64,000 nucleotides of DNA, from the NCBI RefSeq assembly GCF_035721105.1, contig NZ_DASTNG010000017.1:23393-87392 (forward strand), read 5' to 3'. Below the pieces are notes generated by a model. That model was not told the DNA's origin. It saw only the letters and a list, made by a program, of their open reading frames with translations, and made no database searches. Positions 41,385 through 51,059 of this stretch are shown piece by piece (position 1 is the first letter of the stretch; the number at the start of each line of letters is the position of its first letter). Position numbers and translations under genes: made by a program. Origin of the DNA: Arenimonas sp. (GTDB lineage: Bacteria > Pseudomonadota > Gammaproteobacteria > Xanthomonadales > Xanthomonadaceae).

Positions 41385-42278
41385 CTATTGCAGGCGCGTG
41401 GAACCCGGCGCAGGGACCGCCAAGCTGAACAACGCCTCGATCTGTTCAGCCTCGAAGCGATAGCCGCGGCCGCAGAAGTCGCAGTGCACCTCGGCCACGC
41501 CGTCCTCCAGGCTGGCGCGGGCTTCGTCGGCGCCCAGGCCGCGCAGCATGTCCTCCACCCGCTCGCGCGAGCAGCTGCAGGCGAAGGCCAGGGGGCGGCG
41601 GTCGAGCAGCTGCACGCCTTCCTCGTGGAAGAGGCGCCAGAGCAGGGTTTCCACCGGCAGGCTGGCCAGCTCGTCCGGGCCAAGGGTTTCGAACAGGGCG
41701 TTCACCCGGTCCCAGCCGTCCATGTCGCCCTCGGCGCCGGGCAGCTTCTGCAGGATCAGGCCGGCGGCGCGCTCGGCCTGGGTGGCCAGCAGCATCCGGG
41801 TGGGCAGCTGCTCGGACTGCTGGAAGTAGCCCTCGAAGGCCTCGGCCAGGCTGTCGGCGTCCAGGCTCACCAGGCCCTGGTAGCGGGTCATGTCGCGGGC
41901 GCCGGGCGGGGTGGATTCGATGGTGATGGCCATCAGCGAGCCCGGGCCGAAAGCGCGCGGGGTCAGCGGGCTGGGCACGGGGGTTTCGAAGTGGGCGATG
42001 CCGCGCAGGGTGCCGGCCGCGGTGCACTCGGCGAACAGGGTGCGCAGGCAGCCGGTGCCGCGCAGCTGCACGCTCAGGCGGCCGTCGATCTTGGCGTGGC
42101 CGGTGAACAGCGCGGCGGCGGCGCAGGTCTCGCCCAGCCGGGCGGCGATGGCCGGCGGGTATTCGGCGCGGCCGGCGATCTCGGTCCAGGCCTGGTCCAG
42201 GTGCACCACGACCCCGCGGATGCCGGAGCGTTCGAGCAGGAAGCGGGTGAGGGTGTCGCGGTCGGGATGGTTTTCCAT
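41385..42278 (-). CDS. hslO: Hsp33 redox-regulated chaperone
   Basis: FEGYFQQSEQLPT, zinc motif CSCSRERV...CDFC. Confidence 0.93.
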   Translation of the reverse strand: MENHPDRDTLTRFLLERSGIRGVVVHLDQAWTEIAGRAEYPPAIAARLGETCAAAALFTGHAKIDGRLSVQLRGTGCLRTLFAECTAAGTLRGIAHFETPVPSPLTPRAFGPGSLMAITIESTPPGARDMTRYQGLVSLDADSLAEAFEGYFQQSEQLPTRMLLATQAERAAGLILQKLPGAEGDMDGWDRVNALFETLGPDELASLPVETLLWRLFHEEGVQLLDRRPLAFACSCSRERVEDMLRGLGADEARASLEDGVAEVHCDFCGRGYRFEAEQIEALFSLAVPAPGSTRLQ

Positions 42279-42320
42279 GACCGCGATTTTACCCCGCCAC
42301 CCCCAATAACGCCTTGCCCC

Positions 42321-42386
42321 TTGTAGGAGCGCCTTCAGGCGCGAATCTTTTCGCGAAGAGCTTCGCGCCTGAAGGCGCTCCTACAG
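42321..42386. repeat. REP doublet (subtype A), intergenic
   Basis: Exact arms between divergent hslO and mtgA. Confidence 0.92.
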
Positions 42387-42467
42387 GGAGGGTTGGCAGG
42401 CGAGGGTGGCAGGGGAGGTTGGCGGGGGAGGTTGGCGGGGGAGGTTGGCGGGGGCGGGTGGCCAGGT
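42387..42467. repeat. G-rich tandem repeat, 13-nt unit GAGGTTGGCGGGG
   Basis: Three exact copies at 42415-42453 plus degenerate flanking copies, directly after the REP. Confidence 0.85.
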
Positions 42468-42508
42468 TCGCGGGGCGGGGGGCGGGGGTATGGCATGCTT
42501 CGCGGCCG

Positions 42509-43219
42509 ATGACTCCCGAACCTTCCCGCTTTCGCCGCTGGCTGCGCCGCCTGCTCTGGCTGCCTGTCGTCTTCGTGTCCGTCACCTTCCTGCAGGTGGC
42601 GCCGCTGCGCTTCGTCGATCCGCCCACGAGCGCCTTCATGCTGTGGCGGCAGGTGGATGGCCTGGGCGAGGAGGGCTTTTCCCTACGGCAGGAATGGCGC
42701 GACTACGACGAAATCTCGGCCTACCTGCCGATATCCGTGGTGGCGGCCGAGGATCAAAAATTCCCCCAGCACCACGGCTTCGACCTCGAGGCGATCGACA
42801 AGGCGCTCGCGTCGAACGCCGAGGGCGGCCGGGTCCGCGGCGGCAGCACCATCAGCCAGCAGGTGGCCAAGAACCTCTACCTCTGGAGCGGCGGCGGCTA
42901 TTTCCGCAAGGCGCTCGAGGCCTGGTACACGGTGCTGATCGAGCTGACCTGGCCCAAGCAGCGCATCCTGGAGGTGTACGTGAACATCGCCGAGTTCGGG
43001 GACGGCGTGTACGGCGCGGAAGCGGCGGCGCAGGCCTTCTTCAACAAGCCGGCCAGCGCGCTCACCGCGGCCGAATGCGCCCGCCTGGCCGCGGTGCTGC
43101 CCAACCCCAAGCGCTACAGCGCGCGCAGCCCGGGACCCTACGTGCAGCGCCGCGCCGCCTGGATCCAGCGCAACGCCCGCAACCTCGGCGGCCCCGCCTA
43201 CCTTGACCCCACCCTGTAG
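42509..43219 (+). CDS. mtgA: Monofunctional peptidoglycan transglycosylase
   Basis: [51 protein letters not shown]. Confidence 0.95.
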   Translation: MTPEPSRFRRWLRRLLWLPVVFVSVTFLQVAPLRFVDPPTSAFMLWRQVDGLGEEGFSLRQEWRDYDEISAYLPISVVAAEDQKFPQHHGFDLEAIDKALASNAEGGRVRGGSTISQQVAKNLYLWSGGGYFRKALEAWYTVLIELTWPKQRILEVYVNIAEFGDGVYGAEAAAQAFFNKPASALTAAECARLAAVLPNPKRYSARSPGPYVQRRAAWIQRNARNLGGPAYLDPTL

Positions 43220-43278
43220 GAGCGCCTTCAGGCGCGAATCTTTTCGCCAAAAGCTTCGCGCCTGAAGGCGCTCCTACA
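43214..43278. repeat. REP doublet (subtype A) supplying the mtgA TAG stop
   Basis: The TAG at 43217-43219 lies within CTGTAGGAGCG. Confidence 0.9.
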
Positions 43279-43303
43279 AGCGCGCGCGGATTATGATGCG
43301 GCC

Positions 43304-44299
43304 ATGAGCTCCCCCCAGACCCTCACCGTCGTCATCGCCGCCTACAACGAGGACGCGGCCCTGCCGGTGTTCCATCCGCGCCTGCTGCAGGTGCTCGACG
43401 GCCTCGATCTGTCGGCGCGCGTGCTCTATGTCGACGACGGCAGCCGCGACGACACCTGGACCCTGCTCGAAGCCTTCGCCGCGGCCGACCCGCGCGTGGG
43501 CCTGATCCGCCTGGCCCGCAACTTCGGCAAGGAGCTGGCGCTCACCGCCGGCCTCGACCACGTCGACACCGACGCGGCCGTGGTGCTCGACGCCGACGGC
43601 CAGGACCCGCCGGAGCTCATCCCGGCCCTGGTGGCGAAGTGGCGCGAAGGCCATGACGTGGTCTACGGCACCCGCACCCGCCGCGACGGCGAGTCCTGGT
43701 TCAAGCGCTTCACCGCCGCCGGCTTCTACCGGGTCATGGCCTGGCTGTCGCGCACCGACATCCCGCGCGACACCGGCGACTTCCGCCTGATGTCGCGCCC
43801 GGTGCTCGACGCCCTGCGCGGCCTGCGCGAGCGCCAGCGCTTCATGAAAGGCCTGTTCACCTGGGTCGGCTTCCGCCAGGTCGCCTTCCCCTATGAGCGC
43901 GCGCCGCGCCTGGCCGGCCGCACCACGTTCAACTACTGGAAGCTGTGGAACCTGGCGCTCGAAGGCATCACCAGCTTCTCCACGGTGCCGCTGCGCCTGG
44001 CCACCTACATCGGCGTGTTCACCGCGCTGGCGGCCTTCGGCTGGGGCGTGTGGATCATCATCCGCACCCTGGTCTGGGACGACCCGGTGCAGGGCTGGCC
44101 GTCCCTGATGACCGTGGTGCTGTTCCTGGGCGGGCTGCAGCTGGTGGCGCTGGGGATCATCGGGGAATACCTGGGGCGGCTGTACATGGAGGCGAAGCAG
44201 CGGCCGCTTTACCTGGTGCGCGATGTCCGGCCCTTCGCCGCCGCGCCGGCAGGAGGGCCTTCAGGCCCGAAGCTTTTCGGCGGAGAGCTTCGGGCCTGA
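43304..44299 (+). CDS. GtrB/YfdH-like polyprenyl-phosphate glycosyltransferase (GT2)
   Basis: VDDGSRD, LARNFGKE, DADGQDPP, TGDFRLM, two C-terminal TMs, RPLYLV. Confidence 0.9.
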   Translation: MSSPQTLTVVIAAYNEDAALPVFHPRLLQVLDGLDLSARVLYVDDGSRDDTWTLLEAFAAADPRVGLIRLARNFGKELALTAGLDHVDTDAAVVLDADGQDPPELIPALVAKWREGHDVVYGTRTRRDGESWFKRFTAAGFYRVMAWLSRTDIPRDTGDFRLMSRPVLDALRGLRERQRFMKGLFTWVGFRQVAFPYERAPRLAGRTTFNYWKLWNLALEGITSFSTVPLRLATYIGVFTALAAFGWGVWIIIRTLVWDDPVQGWPSLMTVVLFLGGLQLVALGIIGEYLGRLYMEAKQRPLYLVRDVRPFAAAPAGGPSGPKLFGGELRA

Positions 44300-44313
44300 A
44301 GGCCCTCCTACAG
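44249..44313. repeat. REP doublet (subtype B) encoding the GT2 C-terminus and stop
   Basis: GCAGGAGGGCCTTCAGGCCCGAA...TTCGGGCCTGAAGGCCCTCCTACAG, read as AGGPSGPKLFGGELRA-stop. Confidence 0.88.
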
Positions 44314-44380
44314 GGGTGGTGGGGTGCAGGCGGGCGGCGGCGGGTCTATGATCGGGGCAAGGTCAACGGAGGGCAGCCCC

Positions 44381-44809
44381 ATGCGCAACGTGAACCAGAT
44401 CCTCGAGAACAAGGGTAGCGGCGTCATCGCCGTGCCGCGCGAAGCGCCGGTGCTCGAGGTCATCCGCCTGATGGCCGAAAACCACATCGGCTCGGTCCTG
44501 GTGATGCAGGGCCAGGAACTGATCGGCATCGCCACCGAACGCGACTACGCCCGCAAGGTCATCCTGCAGGGCCGCTCCTCGGCTGAAACGCCGGTCGGCG
44601 CCATCATGTCCAGCCCGGTCGTCTCGGTGCTCCCCACCGACACCGCCCAGACCTGCATGCAGATCATGACCGCCCGCAAGATCCGCCACTTGCCCGTCCT
44701 CGACGACGGCCGCCTGGTCGGCATGGTTTCCATCGGCGACCTGGTCAAGGCCGTCATCGAAGACCAACAGCAGGAAATCGCCCAGCTCCAGCAGTACATC
44801 GCCAGCTGA
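44381..44809 (+). CDS. CBS-pair protein
   Basis: Two CBS repeats (IGIATERDYARKV, IRHLPV, VSIGDLVK). GGAGG RBS. Confidence 0.9.
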   Translation: MRNVNQILENKGSGVIAVPREAPVLEVIRLMAENHIGSVLVMQGQELIGIATERDYARKVILQGRSSAETPVGAIMSSPVVSVLPTDTAQTCMQIMTARKIRHLPVLDDGRLVGMVSIGDLVKAVIEDQQQEIAQLQQYIAS

Positions 44810-44830
44810 GGTGTCGCGGCGTTGGGGGTA

Positions 44831-44984
44831 GAAAGGGCTTTTGGACACGGATCAAAGCGGAAAGAGCGGATAAAGGCGGATAGAGCAAAAGCCTTTTGGA
44901 TTTTGCTCTGGGCTTCTTAATCGTTATCGCTTTATCCGCTCTTATCCGCTCTTTCCGCTTTGATCCGTGTCCAAAAGCCCTTTC
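44831..44984. repeat. ~150 bp inverted-repeat element built of 10-nt GCGGATAAAA-like units (copy 1)
   Basis: 43-bp perfect inverted arms at 44831-44873 and 44942-44984. Confidence 0.9.
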
Positions 44985-44997
44985 CCACCCGCCCCCC

Positions 44998-45648
44998 TCA
45001 GCCCCCCACCACCTGGTGGGTAACGGCCACGAAATGGCAGGCGCTGCCGATCAGGACGAAGGCGTGCCAGATGGCGTGGGCGAAGGGGATGCGGCGGCTC
45101 ATGTAGAAGACCGTGCCCAGGGTGTAGGCCAGGCCGCCGCCGAGCAGCCAGCCCAGGGTGTCCATCGGGATCTGGCGCAGGAACGGCTTGATCGCCAGCA
45201 CCACCATCCAGCCCATGCCCAGGTAGATCAGGGTGGACAGGCCCTTGAAGCGGCCGGTGAAGAACAGCTTGAACACCACGCCCGCCACCGCGAAGGTCCA
45301 GATGGCGGCGAACAGCCACCAGCCGCCGTCCTCGCGCAGGCCCACCAGGGTGAAGGGCGTGTACGTGCCAGCGATCAGCACGTAGATCGCGCAGTGGTCG
45401 AAGACCTTGAAGCGGCCCTTGATGATGCGGTCGTGGCTGGCGTGGTAGAGCGTCGAGGCCGAATACAGCAGCACCAGCGCGATGCTGAAGACGATGGCGC
45501 CGGCCAGCTGCCAGCCGTTGCCGAAGGCCGCCGACAGCGTGATGAGCACCGTGCCGCCGACCAGCGACGCCAGCGCGCCGATGCCGTGGGTGATGGCGTT
45601 GGCGCGCTCCTCGCGCGGCGATTCGTGGTCGTGCTCGTAGTCGGTCAT
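44998..45648 (-). CDS. Hemolysin III / PAQR family membrane protein
   Basis: [40 protein letters not shown]. Confidence 0.92.
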   Translation of the reverse strand: MTDYEHDHESPREERANAITHGIGALASLVGGTVLITLSAAFGNGWQLAGAIVFSIALVLLYSASTLYHASHDRIIKGRFKVFDHCAIYVLIAGTYTPFTLVGLREDGGWWLFAAIWTFAVAGVVFKLFFTGRFKGLSTLIYLGMGWMVVLAIKPFLRQIPMDTLGWLLGGGLAYTLGTVFYMSRRIPFAHAIWHAFVLIGSACHFVAVTHQVVGG

Positions 45649-47249
45649 TCGAGGGCGAGGGTCTGGGCGTGTTCGCGGGTGGCGGCGAATTCCAGGTCGG
45701 GCCAGCGCTCCATGGTCAGCTGCAGGTTCACGCGCGAGGGCGCCAGGTAGACCAGCTGGCCGGCGGCGTCCAGGCCCAGGTTCATCGCGTTCTTCTCGCG
45801 GAACTCCTCGAGCTTCTTCGGCGTGCCGCCCTTCACCCAGCGCGCGGTGGTGATGGTGATCGGCTCGAAGCTGGCGTCCACCGAATACTCGTCCTTGAGC
45901 CGGTAGGCCACCACGTCGAACTGCAGCGTGCCGACCGCGCCCAGGATCAGGTCGTTGCTCATCAGCGGCCGGAAGAACTGGGTGGCGCCTTCCTCGGACA
46001 GCTGGGCCAGGCCCTTCTGCAGCTGCTTGAGCTTGAGCGGGTCGCGCAGGCGGGCGCGGCGGAACAGCTCCGGCGCGAAGTTGGGGATGCCGGTGAAGGC
46101 CAGCGTCTCGCCCGCGCTGAAGGTGTCGCCGATCGAAATGGTGCCGTGGTTGTGCAGGCCGATCACGTCGCCCGGGTAGGCGGTCTCGACGATCTCGCGG
46201 TCGCTGGCCATGAAGGTCAGCGCGTTCGCCAGCTTCACGTCCTTGCCCAGGCGCACGTGGAAGGCCTTCATGCCGGCCTCGTACTTGCCCGAGCACACGC
46301 GCAGGAAGGCGACGCGGTCGCGGTGCTGCGGGTCCATGTTGGCCTGGATCTTGAACACGAAGCCGGAGAAGGTTTCTTCCTCCGGCGCGATCTCGCGCGA
46401 GGTGGTCGCGCGCGGCTGCGGGCCCGGCGCGTGCTCGACGAAGAAGTCGAGCAGCGGCTGCACGCCGAAGTTGTTCACCGCCGAGCCGAAGAACACCGGC
46501 GCCTGCTTGCCGGCCAGGTAGTCGGCCTTGTCGAAGGGATGCGAAGCGCCCTGCACCAGCGCCAGCTCGTCCTTCAGGTCGGCCAGCATCTGCGCGCCGA
46601 TCCGCTCGGCCAGGCCGGGCGCGTCGATGGACGGGAAGATGGTGGAGTCCTGGCGGGTGAAGTTGCGGCCCTGCTCGAACAGGTGCACTTCGCCCGTCAC
46701 CAGGTGCACGACGCCCTTGAGGCGCTGGCCCATGCCGATCGGCCAGGTGATGGGCGCGCACTGGATGCCCAGCACGCTTTCGATTTCGTCCAGCAGCTCG
46801 ATCGGCTCCTTGCCCTCGCGGTCGAGCTTGTTGATGAAGCCCATGATCGGCGTGTCGCGCAGGCGGCAGACCTCCATCAGCTTGATCGTGCGCTCCTCGA
46901 CGCCCTTGGCGACGTCGATGACCATCAGCGCGCTGTCCACCGCGGTCAGCACCCGGTAGGTGTCCTCGCCGAAGTCGGCGTGGCCGGGGGTGTCGAGCAG
47001 GTTTACGATGTGGCCCTCGTAGGGGAACTGCATCACCGAGGACGTGACCGAGATGCCGCGCTCCTTCTCCAGCGCCATCCAGTCCGAGGTGGCGTGGCGG
47101 GCGGCCTTGCGGCCCTTCACCGAGCCGGCCATCTGGATCGCGCCGCCGAACAGCAGCAGTTTCTCGGTCAGGGTGGTCTTGCCGGCGTCGGGGTGGCTGA
47201 CGATGGCGAAGGTGCGGCGGCGGTGGGTTTCGCGCAGGTGTTCGGACAT
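45645..47249 (-). CDS. prfC: Peptide chain release factor 3
   Basis: [53 protein letters not shown]. Confidence 0.97.
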   Translation of the reverse strand: MSEHLRETHRRRTFAIVSHPDAGKTTLTEKLLLFGGAIQMAGSVKGRKAARHATSDWMALEKERGISVTSSVMQFPYEGHIVNLLDTPGHADFGEDTYRVLTAVDSALMVIDVAKGVEERTIKLMEVCRLRDTPIMGFINKLDREGKEPIELLDEIESVLGIQCAPITWPIGMGQRLKGVVHLVTGEVHLFEQGRNFTRQDSTIFPSIDAPGLAERIGAQMLADLKDELALVQGASHPFDKADYLAGKQAPVFFGSAVNNFGVQPLLDFFVEHAPGPQPRATTSREIAPEEETFSGFVFKIQANMDPQHRDRVAFLRVCSGKYEAGMKAFHVRLGKDVKLANALTFMASDREIVETAYPGDVIGLHNHGTISIGDTFSAGETLAFTGIPNFAPELFRRARLRDPLKLKQLQKGLAQLSEEGATQFFRPLMSNDLILGAVGTLQFDVVAYRLKDEYSVDASFEPITITTARWVKGGTPKKLEEFREKNAMNLGLDAAGQLVYLAPSRVNLQLTMERWPDLEFAATREHAQTLALE

Positions 47250-47541
47250 GGGGTGGCCGCGCGCGGGGCGCAGGCTGGAAGAGGGAAGGCCGCGATTATA
47301 CCCGGCCGCCCACCCCGGCCCGGGCGGGCCGGGCATTTGTGACAGTTTTGGTCACTCTCGTTCATGCCGGGCGGGCGTGCGGGCCGGGACGGGTGACGAG
47401 GGCTATCGCCGTTAGTGGATTTCGCCGGGGGATTTCGGGGGGTGCGAGCCGGGGGTGCCAGATGGCACGGCAATTGCATGGGCACCTCCCGCCCGGCTTG
47501 CACCGGGCCCACGAAAACCAATCAAAACCAGGGGACCCCCG

Positions 47542-50500
47542 ATGCTCACTAGATTGACCGCCTTGCCATGGCTGCTGGCCGCCTGGCTCCTGTTGGCCGG
47601 AGCCGCCTCCGCCCAGGTCGCCACCTACGCGCCCGTCGGGCCCCAGAACAATGTCCCGCTGACCACCATCACCGGGGGCGGCTGGACCGAGTGCCACCGC
47701 GAGACCTTCGCCACCAACACCCCGATCGCCACCATTTCGGCCGCCTGCAACAAGGCGCAGATGATGATGGCCTGCACCAACGACGACAACACGATCCAGC
47801 TGCTGGCGCAGGCGCCCAAGGCGGACGTGATGTTCGACACCGGCACCGGCAACGTGGCGCGCGAGGCCAACGGCAGCGCCTGGTACTTCAACGGCTCCTG
47901 GTCCTGGGGCTTCGCGCCGGGCGGCGCCACGCTCAACCGCAGCTCCTGCGACGGCGGCGATGACCCGACCTTCTCGGTCAACCCCGACCCGATGCGCATG
48001 TGCATCCATACCGGCGCCAACAGCACCAGCAACGGCTGGCGCTGCGGCTCCACCACCGGCAACAACGGCTCCGGGATCTACGCCTTCCGCCGGATCTTCT
48101 TCCACGCCGACGGCGCCGTGGCCGGTGCCACCGTGCCGGGCGCGCCAACCGCCGCCAGCGCGGTCGCGGGCAACACCCAGGCCACCGTCAGCTTCACCGC
48201 GCCGGCCACCGACGGCGGCGCCGCCATCACCGGCTACCGCGTCACCTCCAGCCCGGACAACGTCGTCGCCACCGGCGGCACCAGCCCGATCCTGGTGACC
48301 GGCCTGACCAACGGCACCAGCTACACCTTCACGGTCGTCGCCATCAACGCGGTCGGCGACAGCCTGCCGTCGCTGCCGTCGAACGCGGTCGTGCCGGTCG
48401 GTCCGCCGACCCTGTCCAACTTCAACGACATCAACCGCACCTTCGGCGATGCCGACTTCGCGCTGGTGCCGCCGACCAGCGACAGCGCCGGTGCCTTCAG
48501 CTACACCAGCTCGAACCCGGCCGTGGCCACGGTCAGCGGCGACACCGTCACCCTCGTGGGTGCCGGCACCACCACCCTCACCGCCAACCAGGCGGCGGAC
48601 GGCGGCTTCACCGCCGGCTCGACCACCGCCACGCTCACGGTCGCCAAGGCCGTGCCGGTGGTGACCTGGATCGCGCCGCTCAGCCAGACCTTTGGCGATG
48701 CCGACTTCAGCCTGCCGGCGCCGACCAGCAGCAGCCCGGCCGCCTTCACCTACAGCTCGAACAACCCGGCCGTGGCCACGATCAGCGGCAACACCGTCAC
48801 CATCACCGGTGCCGGCAGCGCGATCCTGACGGCCAGCCAGCCCGAGGGCGCGAACCACCTGGCCGGTTCGGCCACGGTCTCGCTCACCGTCGCCACTGCG
48901 GATCCGGGCCTGTCGGGCTTCGCCGACCTCAACCGCGTGTTCGGCGAGCCGGCGTTCACGCTCTCGCCGCCGGCTTCGGCCAGCGCCGGTGCGTTCACCT
49001 ACACCAGCTCCAACCCGGCCGTGGCCACCGTCGCCGGTGACACCGTGACCCTGGTCGGCGCGGGCGTCACCACGCTCACCGCCAACCAGGCCGCCGACGG
49101 CAACTACGCCGCCAGCAGCACCACCGCCACGCTCACGGTCGCCAAGGCCGAGCCGGCCATCGGCTGGGTGGCGTCGCTCAACCGCACCTTCGGCGATGCC
49201 GCGTTCGCGCTGCCGGCGCCGACCAGCAACAGCACCGGTGCCTTCACCTACACCAGCTCGAACCCGGCCGTCGCCACGGTCAGCGGCAACACGGTCACCA
49301 TCGTCGCGGCCGGTACGGCCACGATCACCGCCAACCAGGCCGCTGACGCCAACTACAACGCGGGCAGCGCCAGCACCGTGCTGACCGTGGGCAAGGCCGC
49401 GCCGAACCTGGCGTGGATCGACGACATCTTCAAGACCTACGGCGAGGCCGATTTCGACCTGGCCGATCCGACCAGCGCCAGCCCGGGTGCCTTCACCTTC
49501 ACCAGCGCGAATGCCGCGGTGGCGACGGTGAGCGGCCGCACCGTCACCATCACCGGTTCGGGCAACACCGTGCTGACCGCGTCGCAGGCCGAGACCGCCA
49601 ACTACGCGGCGGCGTCGGTGACGACCACCCTGCGCGTGGATTCGCGTCCGGACCCGACCCGTGACCCGGGCGTGGTGGCCGGCCTTCAGGCCCAGGTGGA
49701 CGCCAGCGTGCGCTTCGCCAACGCCCAGCAGACCAACATCCGCGACCGCCTGCGCCAGGTGCGCTCGGGCAACAATGCCTCGAGCAATGCGCTGGCCCTG
49801 AACATGGGCAATGGCTTCGGCCCGGGCCTGTCGCTCAACGCCGGCCAGGCGCTGGGTGGCGACGCGCTGCCGCTGCCGGAAGGCTGGGGCTGGTGGACCG
49901 CCGGTGCGATCACCTTCGGTGACCGCGACGCGTCGCTGGGCAGCAGTGCCTTCGGCTTCCAGTCCGATGGCCTGAGCTTCGGCCTCGATCGCCGCGTCGG
50001 TGACAACGCGCTGATGGGCGTTGCGCTCGGCAACGGCTTCAGCGATGCCGATTTCGATGCCGACAACTCGTCGCTGGGCGGCAAGTACAAGTCGCTGTCG
50101 GTGTACGGCCTGTGGCGCAACGACCGCTTCTTCGTCGACGGCGTGCTGGGTGCGGGCCGCCTGGACTTCGACATCCGCCGCTACAGCGCGCTGGTGAACG
50201 ACTACGGCGTGGCCGACCGCGAGGGCGACCAGCGCTTCGTGTCGCTGACCGTGGGCCACGAGGCCCAGGGTGAGTCGATGCGGGTCGCCGGCTACGGCCG
50301 CTTCGACGCCAGCCGCACCGACCTGGACGCCTACCGCGAATCCGGCCTGGGCATCTACGACCTGAGCTACAGCGACCAGCGCGTGGACAGCCGCACGATG
50401 TCGATCGGCGCCGAGGGTGGCAACGCCTGGGCCACCCGCGCGGGCATGATCCGGCCGTACTGGCTGGTCGAGTACCGCAAGTCGCTCAAGGACCAGAGCG

Positions 50501-50805
50501 ACGTGGGCATCAACTACGTGGTGCTGCCCAACGCCAGCGACTACCTGCTGCGCCTGCGCAGCTACGCCGATGACGCCGTGGTCTGGGGCGGCGGCGTGGA
50601 TATGGACCTGGGTCCGCGCTGGGGCCTGGGCCTGCTGTACCGCGGCGAGAACGTCTCGGGCGTGGGCAGCAGCTACAGCGTGGGCCTGCAGCTGAGCTGG
50701 CGCGGCGGTCAGCCGTCGGCGCCGGTGACGGCCGAGGCGTCGGAAGCCTCCGATGCGGCGGCCGCGGCGCCGGCGATGGGCACGACCCGCACCGGCACCC
50801 GCTAA
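47542..50805 (+). CDS. Autotransporter adhesin: Cys-rich N-domain, FN3, five Ig-like repeats, beta-barrel
   Basis: Signal peptide, FN3 (VPGAPT...ITGYRVT...GLTNGTSYTFTV), 5 repeats with YTSSNPAVATV, C-terminal barrel (WWTAGAITFG...VGLQLSW). Confidence 0.87.
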   Translation: MLTRLTALPWLLAAWLLLAGAASAQVATYAPVGPQNNVPLTTITGGGWTECHRETFATNTPIATISAACNKAQMMMACTNDDNTIQLLAQAPKADVMFDTGTGNVAREANGSAWYFNGSWSWGFAPGGATLNRSSCDGGDDPTFSVNPDPMRMCIHTGANSTSNGWRCGSTTGNNGSGIYAFRRIFFHADGAVAGATVPGAPTAASAVAGNTQATVSFTAPATDGGAAITGYRVTSSPDNVVATGGTSPILVTGLTNGTSYTFTVVAINAVGDSLPSLPSNAVVPVGPPTLSNFNDINRTFGDADFALVPPTSDSAGAFSYTSSNPAVATVSGDTVTLVGAGTTTLTANQAADGGFTAGSTTATLTVAKAVPVVTWIAPLSQTFGDADFSLPAPTSSSPAAFTYSSNNPAVATISGNTVTITGAGSAILTASQPEGANHLAGSATVSLTVATADPGLSGFADLNRVFGEPAFTLSPPASASAGAFTYTSSNPAVATVAGDTVTLVGAGVTTLTANQAADGNYAASSTTATLTVAKAEPAIGWVASLNRTFGDAAFALPAPTSNSTGAFTYTSSNPAVATVSGNTVTIVAAGTATITANQAADANYNAGSASTVLTVGKAAPNLAWIDDIFKTYGEADFDLADPTSASPGAFTFTSANAAVATVSGRTVTITGSGNTVLTASQAETANYAAASVTTTLRVDSRPDPTRDPGVVAGLQAQVDASVRFANAQQTNIRDRLRQVRSGNNASSNALALNMGNGFGPGLSLNAGQALGGDALPLPEGWGWWTAGAITFGDRDASLGSSAFGFQSDGLSFGLDRRVGDNALMGVALGNGFSDADFDADNSSLGGKYKSLSVYGLWRNDRFFVDGVLGAGRLDFDIRRYSALVNDYGVADREGDQRFVSLTVGHEAQGESMRVAGYGRFDASRTDLDAYRESGLGIYDLSYSDQRVDSRTMSIGAEGGNAWATRAGMIRPYWLVEYRKSLKDQSDVGINYVVLPNASDYLLRLRSYADDAVVWGGGVDMDLGPRWGLGLLYRGENVSGVGSSYSVGLQLSWRGGQPSAPVTAEASEASDAAAAAPAMGTTRTGTR

Positions 50806-50825
50806 GTACCCCGCAAGCAAACCAG

Positions 50826-50855
50826 AAAGGCCCCGGCATCCGCCGGGGCCTTTTT
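50826..50855 (+). terminator. Rho-independent terminator
   Basis: AAAGGCCCCGGC-ATCC-GCCGGGGCCTTTTT. Confidence 0.88.
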
Positions 50856-50923
50856 CGTGGCGGCCGCCAACGCGGTCCGCAACAAGGGCGCTGCATCGAA
50901 GTCCGGGACTCGCGCCGTCGTCA

Positions 50924-50994
50924 CCGTGGAAGCGAGGGTCACCTCCCACTCAGTGAAGCCTTTATTTCGCGGGAGGTGACCCTCGCTTCCACGG
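50924..50994. repeat. 24-bp perfect inverted repeat (GTGG-class REP-like doublet)
   Basis: CCGTGGAAGCGAGGGTCACCTCCC / GGGAGGTGACCCTCGCTTCCACGG with a 23-nt loop. Confidence 0.85.
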
Positions 50995-51059
50995 CGCCGC
51001 CGGTGCGTAGCGGTTCCGGCGCGTGACGGAAGGCCCGCAGCCGCGCGCTCCGATGCTTA

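Noticed and set aside
42314-42508. N-terminal extension of mtgA in the ORF track; likewise extensions to 41683, 5911 and 47455
   Set aside because: These extensions run through REPs, tandem repeats or the neighbouring gene. Better starts with an RBS or signal peptide lie downstream, so they were not counted as intragenic REPs.
44896-45750. 284-aa plus-strand ORF starting inside the decamer repeat, as a possible mobiliser of that element
   Set aside because: It is the antisense shadow of the hemolysin-III gene and has no transposase or nuclease motifs.
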